From NCBI GenBank assembly GCA_951406725.2, contig OX597819.1, positions 85,374,001 through 85,438,000 on the forward strand: a stretch of 64,000 bases of DNA. Direction: 5' to 3'. Shown one piece after another: positions 1 through 12,333 of this stretch. Made by a program: the position numbers and the translations under genes. The stretch comes from Octopus vulgaris (Eukaryota). Each line of letters begins with the position of its first letter. Position 1 is the first letter of the stretch. A model generated the notes under the pieces. It was given only the letters and a program-made list of their open reading frames with translations, ran no database searches and was not told where the DNA came from.

Positions 1-1250
1 AAATACTGACAGGATCTAGGATGCATCACCCAAAATCTGACATAGAAAGACTATATATACAACGTATAGAAGGTGGTAGAGGCCTTATACAGCTGGAAAA
101 CTACTATAAAATAACCACCATAGGACTGCAAAAATACCTACTTCAGAAGGAAGGAAAACTGATCCAGATAGCAGCAAAACACGAGCAAAACAAAAAACTG
201 TTCTCAGTATTTAAGGAAGCTGACAAATACAAACAAGAAATCATACCACCTAATAAACACAAAGAAGAAGAAGATGATGAAGAAACAACAAAAGCTATAA
301 AACAAATGAAATCCAAACTAAAAATAGAACAGCAACGAGCCATGATAAAACGATGGCAAGAAAAGCCCCTTCATGGTAAATACTGCACTAAACTAAACGC
401 AAAAGAAATAGACAAAGAAAAATCTCAGCAATGGTTGAGAAGCTCAGGACTCAAAGCAGAAACAGAGGGATTTTTAATTGCAGCACAAGACCAAAGCCTC
501 CCCACCAGAAATTACCAAAAACATGTAATGAAAAGAAATATTACAAGTAACTGCAGAATATGTGGAGATGGACAAGAAACAATAAATCATATTATCTCTA
601 GCTGCCCAGTCCTGGCTAAGAAGGTATATATTCACAGACATGACAAAGTTGGAACCTACATACATTGGAAGCTATGCCAACATTATGGAATAACAACAGA
701 AAAAAGATGGTATAGGCACACACCAGAAAAGGTCACAGAAAACGAGAAAGCAACCATACTCTGGGATATGCCGATACACACAGATAGAGAAATTAAGGCC
801 AACAGACCAGATATAGTTGTCAGAGACCATGAAGAAAAAAATGCTTTCTAATGATGTATCAATACCGGCAGATGACAACGTGTCTCTAAAAGAAATGGAG
901 AAACTCTCAAAATACAAAGACCTGGAAATAGAGATAACTAGAATGTGGAACCTGAAAACAGAAACAATTCCTATCATAGTAGGTGCATTAGGCATGATAA
1001 AAAAATATTCAGACAAATACATAACAAAAACACCAGGACTTACAAACACATATAACATACAGAAAATTGCACTACTAGGCACTGCACACATCCTACACAG
1101 AACACTTTCCATACAATAACCATCAGAGCATCACAACAAATCACAGCACATACCCAAGGCACACAGAGCTGCGCTCGGTAGTGAAGTGAAAGCACGCTAT
1201 AAAAATAAAACTACTGAATAATAATAATAATAATAATAATAGTAATAATA
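1..1250 (+). mobile_element. 3' end of R4/Dong-clade non-LTR retrotransposon (CCHC knuckle + restriction-like endonuclease), frameshifted, ending in (TAA)n
   Basis: ORF 21-851 has GGRGL, CRICGDGQETINHIISSC, RHDKV and RPDIVV. ORF 817-1119 continues with DVSIP..KEMEKLSKY (PD..D..K RLE). Frameshift near 840-853; 3' UTR with AATAAA then (TAA)n from 1218. Confidence 0.92.
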
Positions 1251-1273
1251 ATGTATGTATGTATATATATATA

Positions 1274-1852
1274 TAATATTATTAGTGAATTGAAGAAATG
1301 GAGTTGAACGAAGATTGAACAGAAATCGTTTTATTGCATTCTACACGTGTTTCGAAAGGCACAATTTACCAAATTCCGATTGAATAATGAGACCATATTG
1401 TGTCTTTCTCTTCAGGAAGAAATAGGAAATCCGTTGGAAAAAACAAAAACAGAACAGAGGCGGAGCAAAACAAATCGAACGAGGCTCCTAAGAGCCCATG
1501 GCCAAACTGTTTATCAATGTATGTTGAAAACGGGTGGTGGGTGCGTTGAAGATTGTAACGGGTCCCGTTAAAATCTTCAACGCACCCACCACCCGTTTTC
1601 AACATACATTGATAAACAGTTTGGCCATGGGCTCTTAGGAGCCTCGTTCGATTTGTTTTGCTCCGCCTCTGTTCTGTTTTTGTTTTTTCCAACGGATTTC
1701 CTATTTCTTCCTGAAGAGAAAGACACAATATGGTCTCATTATTCAATCGGAATTTGGTAAATTGTGCCTTTCGAAACACGTGTAGAATGCAATAAAACGA
1801 TTTCTGTTCAATCTTCGTTCAACTCCATTTCTTCAATTCACTAATAATATTA
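1274..1852. repeat. 579-bp near-perfect palindrome (289-bp arms, centre nt 1563); inverted PLE pseudo-LTR-like
   Basis: taatattattagtgaattg... mirrors ...caattcactaataatatta. ORFs 1347+ and 1779- give the same first 69 aa. One mismatch seen (1555/1571). Confidence 0.95.
1708..1787 (+). ncRNA. Minimal type I hammerhead ribozyme motif (mirror copy at 1339-1418, - strand)
   Basis: ttc CUGAAGA gaaagacacaat...attgtgcctttc GAAAC acgt GUA gaa: 3-bp stem I, long stem II, palindromic stem III loop, followed by AATAAA. Confidence 0.75.
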
Positions 1853-1997
1853 AAATTCAATTATCCGCACCAACGCACGGTTGCAACACCATATGGTTGT
1901 ACCTCCAACCGTGCTGTCTTCTGCTGTGATTTTTGCTACCAAGGTATCGGTGAAACTTTTGATTAATCTGCAACGAGATTATTCATCTTTCTATTTC

Positions 1998-2059
<62 letters not shown>

Positions 2060-2062
<3 letters not shown>

Positions 2063-2611
2063 GGTGGACCAAAATGATCTGACACATTTGGAGGCTTAAT
2101 AAAAGCACAAAATAAGAAATAAAGAAAAGAAAAATTTTATTTTCTGAATGTACATATAATGCCATTTTATTTCATTAAGTTTTAAAAATTAAATCACCTA
2201 AATGCTTCCCATCTTTGTCAACACACTGTTGGAGACGTTCATGAAAGTTATCGATAACTCTATGGATCATTTCTACTGGAATGGTTGCTATTTCTACACA
2301 AATTTCACGTTATAATTCATCAATATATCGAGGGTGATGACTGAATACTTTTGATTTTAAATATCCCCACAGGAAGAAATCACATTTCACCATTCCAGAA
2401 GAAATCATCCATAGAGTTATCGATAACTTTCATGAACGTCTTCAACAGTGTGTTGACAATGATGGGAAGCATTTAGCTGATTTAAGTTTTAAAACTTAAT
2501 GAAATAAAATGGCATTATATGTACATTCAGAAAATAAAATTTTTCTTCCCATTATCTCTTATTTTGTGCTTCTATTAAGCCTCCTAATGTGTCAGATCAT
2601 TTTGGTCCACC

Positions 2612-2614
<3 letters not shown>
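2060..2614. mobile_element. Tc1/mariner-derived foldback MITE made of two transposase 3' ends
   Basis: Ends (c)agggtggaccaaaatgatc / gatcattttggtccaccctg inside (TA)n, ~230-bp inverted arms. Minus strand reads CDFFLWGYLKSKVF...ERLQQCVDKDGKHL. Confidence 0.85.
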
Positions 2615-2674
<60 letters not shown>

Positions 2675-3452
2675 AATACTCCGTGTTGCGGGCATAATGC
2701 ATTCCTGAAAAAAATTACCGTAACTAGAATTTCTGACATGCGAAATTTATTTTCCTATTGATTTCCACATTCTATGAAATGATAATGCAACCTGTCGGAT
2801 ATTTTCGAAAATTGAACGTGTAACACCACCGCTTTTTCGCAGAAGGATAATTTATAAACCTACATAGTACAATATGTACACATAAAGACATTTGACGAGC
2901 AATTCCTTAGGGAATAAATAAGCGTTATAATATTGCAATGGGTTCCATATTCATCATAAAAGATGTTGACTACTACGTGAGGAGTGGTGGTGAAATAAAA
3001 GTTATTGGCAGGATAGCTATCTTCTATTATCATCATTAACTCATTAACAACTACCAGTGGGAAGAAGTATCCAAAATTGATGCTTGTGCCGTGTCATCTC
3101 ATTTTCCAATTTAGTGTAGTAACTGGGTTTACCAAAACTTTTTCTTGCAATTTTTCTTACATTAATGATTATGATCGTTATCAACAAAATCTTGCCAACT
3201 TTTTAGCAATATTCTACGCAGTCAATTTCAATAGAATTGCATTTTTAACCTCATTTTGTTTTACCAGCTTGCTTTTTTTTAAAACAACACCACACATGCA
3301 AATAAACATATATAAATATGCATATATGCATATACACATACACACATCTATATATTATATCTACACACAGACACACAAACAGATACACAGACACGTACGC
3401 ATATAATATATATATGTGTGTGTGTTTGTGTACGTGCGTATATATGTTTAGA

Positions 3453-3504
<52 letters not shown>

Positions 3505-3528
3505 TCGAATGTATACATACTCATATCC

Positions 3529-3617
<89 letters not shown>

Positions 3618-3829
3618 GCTATCTATCTATCTGTATATACACAAGCATATATCTAAAAGCTATAATGCTTTAACCAATGGTACGCTCCTAGCACTTACTG
3701 TAATATTATCGACGTTACATTGAAATAAAGAGACAACATACACTTCTACATATATCCTGATGGACTTATATACAATCGTATCTGTATATGACTAACGTGG
3801 TTGTTAACGTATTGATCTAGCCGGAAGAT

Positions 3830-3950
3830 ATCTTTTATCCTTTATTTGTTTCGGACATTGGATTGCAGCCATGCTTGGGCACCACCGTGGAAGATTTTAA
3901 TTGAATGAATCGATCCTCGTACTCATTTTTTAAAGCCTGGTACTTATTCC
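3830..3950 (-). mobile_element. SINE family A, 3' fragment
   Basis: Reverse complement of the gaataagtaccaggc...gcatggc.gcag..gaaacaa.taaaaga tail seen at 14020-14140 and 17570-17665. Confidence 0.7.
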
Positions 3951-4188
3951 CTTGCTCTTTTTGGTCCAAATCGACCCCAGTATTTGACTGCTACTACATT
4001 TTACCCACCAAGTGGGAGAAAATGATAATTCATCTCAAGATGTAAAGAGCCGGAAGAAATTCTGCAGGGCGTATTACATAACAATTGTGCGAAGCCATTA
4101 TTCATTTTAATAATATTAAAAAGTAAGATATTGATAAAATAAGCAAAGGTAGTACTAATATGAGTAATTTAATAGTAATTAGCGTAGT

Positions 4189-4241
<53 letters not shown>

Positions 4242-5339
4242 TAACAACAATAATAATAAACCACAGCAAAACGTTTGAAAAGAAGAGAAAAGATCCAAAA
4301 GAAAACGAACTTCAGAAATTCCTACTATTCCCAAAGACTGGAATATCTGCAATTTCCTATGAATATTTTCAATCTCCCTTGAAATAGGTTATGAATTTAC
4401 ACACCTGCAGCTTTCAAACGCACAAACGATCAGTTGAAAAAGAAAACTTTAATATCTACAGCTTCTGTGAATACCCATCCTTTCCTTTCTCCCTGAGTGT
4501 TCGAAAATGTAAAAATTCCTTTCATTGCAAAAACTCTACTGTATTCTCTAACTGGATAGACAAACCAACATCTCAAGAAAACTTAAAAGCTTTAATATAA
4601 TAAATTTTGTATGAAACTTATCCCTGACTACCTAAATATGTAAACATAACCTTTATTGCAACAACGCAATTGAATCCAGAAATTCAAAACTTCAACGACG
4701 TGAATATCAGTATATATATATATATTGTTTTCTGTACCAGTAATTACAAATAGAACAGGTTGAATTACTTCTTCTCAAGGACAAGGTCAGTACTCGCTGG
4801 TAGTAGTAAAGACATTTGACCTCTGCTGACCCAAAGGGGGCTAAGATTCTTTTGTCTCTGTGGCTGACCTGCCAACCAACTGTCGAATCTATTTATAGAC
4901 CTGTAAAATTTGATCTATTCACCAAGCTCCTACTTTCCCCAACAACTATTTCTTTCAACAACCACATATTTATGATTATCTTAGATACAAGACAAAAGTT
5001 GAAAATAAAGAACATTTAACAAAATCTTTAAATAATAAATGGAAATAGTAATAATGATAATAACAGTGGTAGCGGTGGTGATGGTGATAATGAAAAAAAT
5101 TAAAATAATGATAATATGCTGCAGCTGCTAATACTATAAATACTATAACTACTACTATTCTGATAGCACAGGAATCTGAGGCCCAAACGATAATACCGGT
5201 GATATCAGTGATGATAATAATAATAATAACGAAAGGAGCGGGTGGAGTCTCCCCATGTCCTGATTAATGATACATCTAGTGATGGTGTCGCAATAAAAAC
5301 ATTGGTAATTGCGCAACCTGTTAATCGCTACCTCATATG

Positions 5340-6722
5340 AGTGACAATGAATAATAAACTAAATATTGTGAATAACGGTGGTAATGAAACTGAAGCCATT
5401 GATGGTGACAGTGTTGCACCCGGCAGACTCAGCTATTCTGGTCCGGTTCCAGCCTATCGATATCCAGAAAGGAACCACCACACACGGCGCAGATGGAGCA
5501 AGCAAATTAGTACTGTTACTACATGAGTAAATCGGTAGATGAAAATGGTACTCAATTTAGGGGTTACCGACAACGTATGTATGATCATTGGAGGGAAAAG
5601 TGATTCTTTTAATTCATGGAACATAGACTATGTGATCAAGCTACAGCAATAAGAAAAAAATCGTTGGTCCACAGAAGTAGAGCTCGAAGCTATCAAAAGA
5701 CGTGTCTTGGAAAATAGTAGCAGAGATAACGATGAAAATAGCGTTCTTACTAATAAAAGTAATCTCATAGTACAGGAAAGGAGCAGTGGTTGTTTACTTG
5801 ATGAGAGAATATAGATAATGTAAAAGAAGACAATAAAACTAATGGCGATATGACAGATGAACAAAAGGCAATCTACGACAGAATAAAGACAAGACTACAG
5901 GAGAACGACTGCGACATTTTTTCAACCATAAAAATGTTGACCAGTGGAAGTTGAACCAAGAAACGAAAAATGTCAATGATATTCTGAAATACATCAGAGC
6001 AAACAATATCATAGAAACAAATAATTTGAACAAGGCAGCAAGTATTGTTGTAGCAGAAAATGTCAGTGTTGATGTCAAGAAAAAGAAATATAATTAGAGT
6101 GACAAAAGAAAAAACCCATGGTGGAAAAGAAGAATACAGGCATGGTTAGATATGCTCTCGAAGGAAATTTCTATGTTACACCGAAAAGAGAAAGGGGAGC
6201 TTAAAAGTGAATAAAAATACAGGGCGCTGAAAAGGAAATATAATATTGAAAGAAAGAGCCTGAAACTGGTAATGGTGGGACTGAAACAGCGCCTCGTTGC
6301 AAAGAAAGCGAAGGTGGTAAGATACGACCAAAGAATGAAAGGTTACCACCAGAATAGGTTATTCAGAGTATATCAGAAGAGATTCTATAAAGAAATAAAT
6401 GGATAGTGTACAGACGAAAAGTTGATACCAGATAACAGTGAATGTCAAAGGTTGACATCTGGAGCAAAGATAAGGAGCACGAGAAGGATGTTGAATGGTT
6501 GCAAGAACTGAAACAAACAATAGTCTGTCCAAAACAGGCAGAATTAGTCATTTCAGTTAGGGGAGTGAAGGAAATCAGCAAAAAGATGAGCAAATGGAAG
6601 GCCCTGGAACCAGATGGAGTTCAAGACTACTGGATCAAAAGATTTCGTGAATGTCATGTACGAATAGCTGCGCAACTCAACACCTTATTAAATGCCGACC
6701 AAATAACACCAGAATGGCTGTA
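5340..6722 (+). pseudogene. Degraded R4/Dong LINE, N-terminal region up to start of RT
   Basis: ORF 6442: WKALEPDGVQDYWIKRF...ITPEWL resembles the R4/Dong WKAPGPDG-QG-WIK block. Upstream PWWKRRI. Many stops. Confidence 0.8.
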
Positions 6723-6729
6723 CATTGTA

Positions 6730-7400
6730 TGTGAACATGTTTTGTTCTTTCATGATACTTCTAGCTGAACCTAATCGACATGTTTTTTGCACTAAGCCAG
6801 CTCCTAGTTTAAGATCTGTTTTTTATTTCAAGACTTTTCTCGAATTTATTTTCCATTGTTCTCAAGTCTGCACTAACATCAAGACCTTGTTAATTTCTCT
6901 CTTCTAGGACTTGTGGGTTTCATAATTCATATCTGTGTAATGCTGTATTTTTCAGTTTACTTTTTATTTCGTTTCACTCTGTTGTGAAATGGGTATTTCG
7001 CTTCGCCCTGACTATTACAAAATCAGGTCTGTTGTTTTCCATTCTTTCGGTTTGAAGAGGAAAGGCCCACAGTAATCTAACTTCATCACTTTCTTTTGCT
7101 TGCTTTATAAAACCACAAAATGGTTATAGCATTTTACTGTGAATGCAAAACAAAATGCCTAAAAATTTTAGTGTGATATTCCATAAAAATTATTGTGTCA
7201 AACATTTTTTAATATTCTAAACAAGCTGTAGAGATTGTGGCACAATGTGAGTTATGATCCCATCAGAACCGTTCTACATTTGGGCAGTCTGTCTTACTGA
7301 TATGTATTCTTCTTGATCCAATTTTAATGTAGAGCCTATTCCTGTGCTGTCAAGGTCATTTCCCCAGTTTCTTTCTTCAGTACCCTGTTTTTGTTCTTTT
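6730..7400 (-). pseudogene. Highly degraded LINE RT relic (RTE-like)
   Basis: Minus strand K*KTDLKLGAGL resembles IKTGLKQGDGL, with an FIKQA block upstream. Weak. Confidence 0.3.
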
Positions 7401-8299
7401 GCTATTACTCCTTTCTTTCTTCAGTCAGCTGTCCTGGTTATTCTTATTTCTGAGCAAACCTTTATTTTCTTTCAAAGTTTGATTTTCTCATTTTACTATT
7501 TTTCTGTTTCTCATTTCTTCTTTTTCGGTTCTAATTTTCTGGTAAAACAACCCTTTCGCTTATTATTTTCTGAAGGAGTGTTTCTTCATTTTCTCTCTAC
7601 TAGAAACCTAGACTTGCCTTCTCTAGTTCTATTACCTCTTCAACACTCATTAATCCATTTCCTCCTCCTGTCTATTTCCAGTACAACCGGTCCACAGATT
7701 GATGATGCCTACTGCAATACGTTGTAGGTGGCCTCCTCGATTTCCTGTCGATGTCCTTCAGCTCGTCCTTTCTGCATACAGTAATTTCCTTCTCCATACC
7801 TTATTAGAGATACTGTTGTCTGGTTGAATGATTGTTTGATGTTTCTCTTCATTCCATTAGGATTTCAAATATTTTCTTTCTCTGAAAATATTCTAACGTT
7901 GTGATCTAGTGTTCAGTACAATAACAACGACCAACAAACCTGTCTTACGTTGAGCATCAATATCAGGCATGAGTGCAATGTGTCCACAAATATCTCTTTT
8001 GGCCTTCTGTTCATAATATGAGATGTTTCAAGCCCCAAAGAAAATCCTAGCATTCGTAACATCAAGGCTCCTTTTGTGAAGCTCCATTTTTTTAGTTCAT
8101 ATTTCAAATCCTTTGGGAACAGTAGTCTGTACTTGCGCCCTGAAAAAATCTGACTTTGAAGAACTTGATTAAGAAATGCCAACGTCAGAGAAATATGGGT
8201 TCTGTTGATCTCATGATTGCTTTTGCTTGTTAGTGAGACTTAGGATCCAGACTTTATCCAAGAGTGGAATCTACAGTAATCACAAAGAGAAAAGGATTC

Positions 8300-8620
8300 T
8301 TACTGTTGATGGAAACTCATAAGATGGACAGTAAGTGCTTGGTAAAAAGCTTGATGAGTTTTTATACACGATGGCTCTGACAGTCTCGCCGAGAACACAG
8401 TTGAAAAAGATATAACAATTTAAGATGAATATTATGCTGAAAATAGTAAACATTTTAGATTTAACATTAAATTTAAACAAAGGCATACCACTTTCCATTC
8501 GATAGACCGAACGAAAAAAAACTATGCATTAATAAATACTCCAAACACGTGCCTACATATTGTAGACATATCACTAATAATATCAGCAAACACATTTCCA
8601 ATATATCATCTGTAAAGTCA
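8300..8620 (+). pseudogene. Penelope-like element reverse transcriptase relic
   Basis: Across frameshifts: KIVN.LDLTLNLNKG..FPFDRPNE..CINKYSKHVPTYCRHITNNISKHISNISS, matching the PLE VNFLDVTLNL..PY.KPN..SNHPP..I..R.S..SS pattern. Confidence 0.65.
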
Positions 8621-10224
8621 TTCCGTACTTGAAAAGTGGACAGAGAAGAAGGATTCAACGCTAACACAAAGTATATAAATTCTCCCAATAAGATTAACGT
8701 TAATAAGATTAATATTACGGATCGCTGATTTATGAATTAGCGGCTCTCGGAATACCTACTATTAATCTACGTAACTAAATGTAAACTAATATATTAAGCG
8801 AGACTGGTTTAGTATATAACTTTCTGTACTTTTCCCATATCAACCCAATTTTTTCTAACACTCGACAAATTATCAGATACAAATATTCGTTTATGAATTC
8901 TAGCAATGTTTGAATGGCAACAAAAATCTACCTTAGATTAATTGAAGTAGAAGAGAGAGACAGTTTTTGGAGATTAAATTTCATGACATTTCGACCATTA
9001 AAACGATCTACGAATGTAATCTAAGACGTTGGCTGCAACGATATTTTAATATATTCTTTAATTTTACTCTTTCTTACCTGTATATGTGTTAATACATGTA
9101 TGTAGACCATTGGGTAAATGATCATTGGAATCCCTCTAAAATCGTATTATTTTTAGTAAATTAGAAACCAATATTAATGCACTGCTGCTTTAAATGTAAA
9201 TCTATAACTTATTTTCAACAAGTAGGCAATTAACTGATATGAGAAATAATTGTAATCCCTTTGTCGTTTCTTGTCATCGAGAGTTTAATGAAATATTGTG
9301 GTGTTCACTACTCATCTATTATGCAGAAGTCTTAATTAACCGAGAGGTCGAATTTGTCATGAAACTTATAGCAACTTTGAATATAAATAATCATGTGCAA
9401 ATAAATGAAAGGCATGCGTTTGCATAAAGATAGCTACATGTTTGCAATATACACATTATACAATATTCAGAATAATGGTTTCGCCTTTTAATGTAACTCA
9501 AGTAGCTTCACATATGTAATAGAAATTTATTTTGTAATCAATATGACTGCTGTCAGTTTTCGTCCCTATCCTGCTGGCAGAGCGAAAGTATTTAAGGCGA
9601 AATAAGCGTGGAGGTCTCAGGTGTTCTTTCGAAACTGAATTCATTGTAATCTCTGTTAATATCCGTTGCTATATAATGGCAGCAAATACATTATGAGGTG
9701 AAATCCACGCGACACCTTCCACAGCTAAAACAACTGTAAATTGCATTAGATGTTCATGCAATAAGGGTTTGCAATGTTATATTTTTGTGGGTGAAATAAG
9801 TGGATGAAATCGGCGCCTTTAAAACTGGGACCAATAATAATTAGCAACAAATAATGTAATTTGGCTTTTCTGGATTTATTGAAATGAATATTAAGGCTTC
9901 AGTATGGAGGACACCTTGTATTTCAACACAGTAGATGGAATTCGATAAGTTGTGGATCGGTGATTTCGTTTACTAAATAAAACAGCAAAAAGACAACACA
10001 TGCATTTCTTTTAGAGACAACCTACAGTTTGTACTGGTTATGTGAAGCGGTCGAAAAAGTAAGTCGGACGAAGGTTTGTCAGAAAAATTGTTCTCAGATA
10101 GAAGTTCTTATTCATATTCCTTAAGCTAGTTCATCACGCCTCATCTCTTCCTTTTCTTATTTCCATGACCATTTTCTGTCCCTATCTTCTATCTCTATCT
10201 ACTTGTGTATGTGAATTTATTTTC

Positions 10225-10356
10225 CGCATGCCCGCATTTGCGCGTGCTTATATAGACATATAATATACGCGTATATATATATATTGATATAAATATATAT
10301 ATATATATACGCGTATATTATATGTCTATATAAGCACGCGCACATGCGGGCACGCG
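10225..10356. repeat. Near-perfect hairpin centred on a (TA)n tract
   Basis: cgcatgcccgcatttgcgcgtgcttatatagacatataatatacgcgta versus tacgcgtatattatatgtctatataagcacgcgcacatgcgggcacgcg. Confidence 0.9.
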
Positions 10357-10373
10357 CACACACACACTTGTGT

Positions 10374-10960
10374 ACAGGGTATCCCAGAAAGATTTATCCA
10401 TTGATATTTCTTAATAATTCAAAATAAACTTAAGTAGGACAATGAAATTTGTCACGCATGTTCTAATGTAAATTACCAATCCATTGCAGTACTTACATTT
10501 CAAAATTACCACCTTTTGCTTTGACCATAGCCTGCAAACAAGTGGGCACTTAGTTGCATGAGTGCTGTACCACCTCTTCATCCAGCTTGACCCATGATGA
10601 CAGAAGGGCTTTCTTCAAGTTTGACACATTTGAATAGGAGTGAACAAAAACATAATCCTCTAAGATGGACCAGATAGCAAAGTTCATGGGGTTGATGTCT
10701 GGATTTGAGAGAGGCCCTATCGTCTTGTCCCCAAAACAGCTGAAATGCTCTTTGCGCCACTTCTGTGTCAAATTGGATGTGTGGGCCGGAGCCCCATCTT
10801 GAGTGGAGTTCTAAGAGTCACCAAAAGTGTCTGTGACCCAGAGTAACACTTTCTTATCTAACATTTCCACATAAACTTCATTGTTGACCTTGATGCCAGT
10901 ATCGATGAAAATCAAAGGAGACTTGGATCCATCAGATGCAATTGCAGCCTACACCATGAG
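10374..10960 (-). mobile_element. mariner/maT-like transposase 3' relic with terminal repeat
   Basis: TA-cagggtatccc end. Minus strand has QDGAPAHTS and NPDINPMNFAIWSILE (SPDLNPLDY-IW). Confidence 0.8.
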
Positions 10961-11415
10961 AAGTTTTTCCAAGGACTATTATTGAACTCTAAAAGCATAA
11001 AGACTCTACAATGTATTGGTATACCTATTTATTAATTTTTGTATATATTCATTATTATTTTTTTGAAAAGACATTGTAACTTTCGTTTCCCCTTCTTCAA
11101 TTAAAAAAAAAATGTTTTCTCCTTCCAAATCTTGAAAATTTGCCCTGCCATGAAAACCGGTTTGATTTATTATTCTTTTCTTTTTTAATTTTTCATACAC
11201 CCATTTTTATTAAAATTTACTTTCAATTTAGCATTCTGCCTTATAATTTTTCCTTTCCTATATATATATATATATTACGGAGATGTACTCGCATAGCAAG
11301 TAATTTAATCTGAAATCGTGTGCTGAAACGAAAACAATTGCAGCGTGGAAGGTGTTTATAAGCCATTTAAGAAACACACAAAAGCCGTTCGATTCACTTC
11401 AACATTTAAGTTTAA

Positions 11416-11465
11416 TTTGTCAAAATATTTTCGTCGCTAAAATCCGCGACCTGTTCACTGACAAA
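11416..11465 (-). ncRNA. Hammerhead-like motif with G3-C8 core variant, in a ~200-bp repeat (11276-11480) between (TA)n tracts
   Basis: uuuguca GUGAACA g gucgc ggauuuua gcgac GAAA a ua UUU ugacaaa: 7-bp stem I, 5-bp stem II, palindromic AAAAUAUUUU stem III. Confidence 0.7.
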
Positions 11466-11492
11466 AATCCGTGCTGCATATATATATATATG

Positions 11493-11548
<56 letters not shown>

Positions 11549-11556
11549 CAGACACG

Positions 11557-11906
11557 CAGTCGTCACTAAAGTGAATAAGGATGTAAGTCAGCACCATATT
11601 TACTAGAAATAAGAGTCAAGGAGTCGAAACAACTCTTAGCCACGGGAAAAGCACTATCTATTGACTGAAAAGAGAGACAACCACCCTACAGCACGTGAGA
11701 GCGTCAGATCATCGATGATTTCTGATAGAATTAAACCTGATTAGTGACACTTACTTCGTTGCCTAGGGTTAAGCCAAACTCACCTTGTCAATTTATAGAA
11801 AACATCATGGGAATCAGTGCTCTGCCCGTGGCTAAGTGTTGCTTTGATTCTTATTTTTAGCAATGCTAGTGCTGACTTGCATTCTTAGTCACTTTAGTGA
11901 CGATTG
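11557..11906. mobile_element. MITE with ~90-bp imperfect terminal inverted repeats (Tc1-like CAGT end)
   Basis: cagtcgtcactaaagtga...ttagccacggg versus cccgtggctaa...tcactttagtgacgattg, followed by TA. Confidence 0.75.
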
Positions 11907-11943
11907 TATTGTGCCTTTTGGCTTAAAATAGCGAGTAACCACC

Positions 11944-12029
<86 letters not shown>

Positions 12030-12159
12030 TGTATCCGTCCATCCATCCACACACACACACACACATATATGTATGTATATGTATATGTATATATATATGT
12101 AGTTCAATTTTACGTCAAACAAATGTATTAGTTTAACGCTCGGGAGGAATGACAAAGTT

Positions 12160-12193
12160 TTTGACGTTTCGAGCCTACGCTCTTCGACAGAAA
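12160..12193 (-). ncRNA. Degenerate minimal hammerhead motif (A6U)
   Basis: uuu CUGUCGA a gagc guag gcuc GAAAC GUC aaa; same layout as 59784-59817. Confidence 0.45.
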
Positions 12194-12236
12194 GGATTAA
12201 GAGGAGAAAAAGTGGAGAGAGAATAATGTGTAGGGA

Positions 12237-12298
<62 letters not shown>

Positions 12299-12333
12299 GC
12301 GCAGACATATATGTGTGGTAAGAAGCTTGCTTC

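Noticed and set aside
1347-1779. Two ORFs with identical N-termini on opposite strands
   Set aside because: A consequence of the DNA palindrome; no protein motif.
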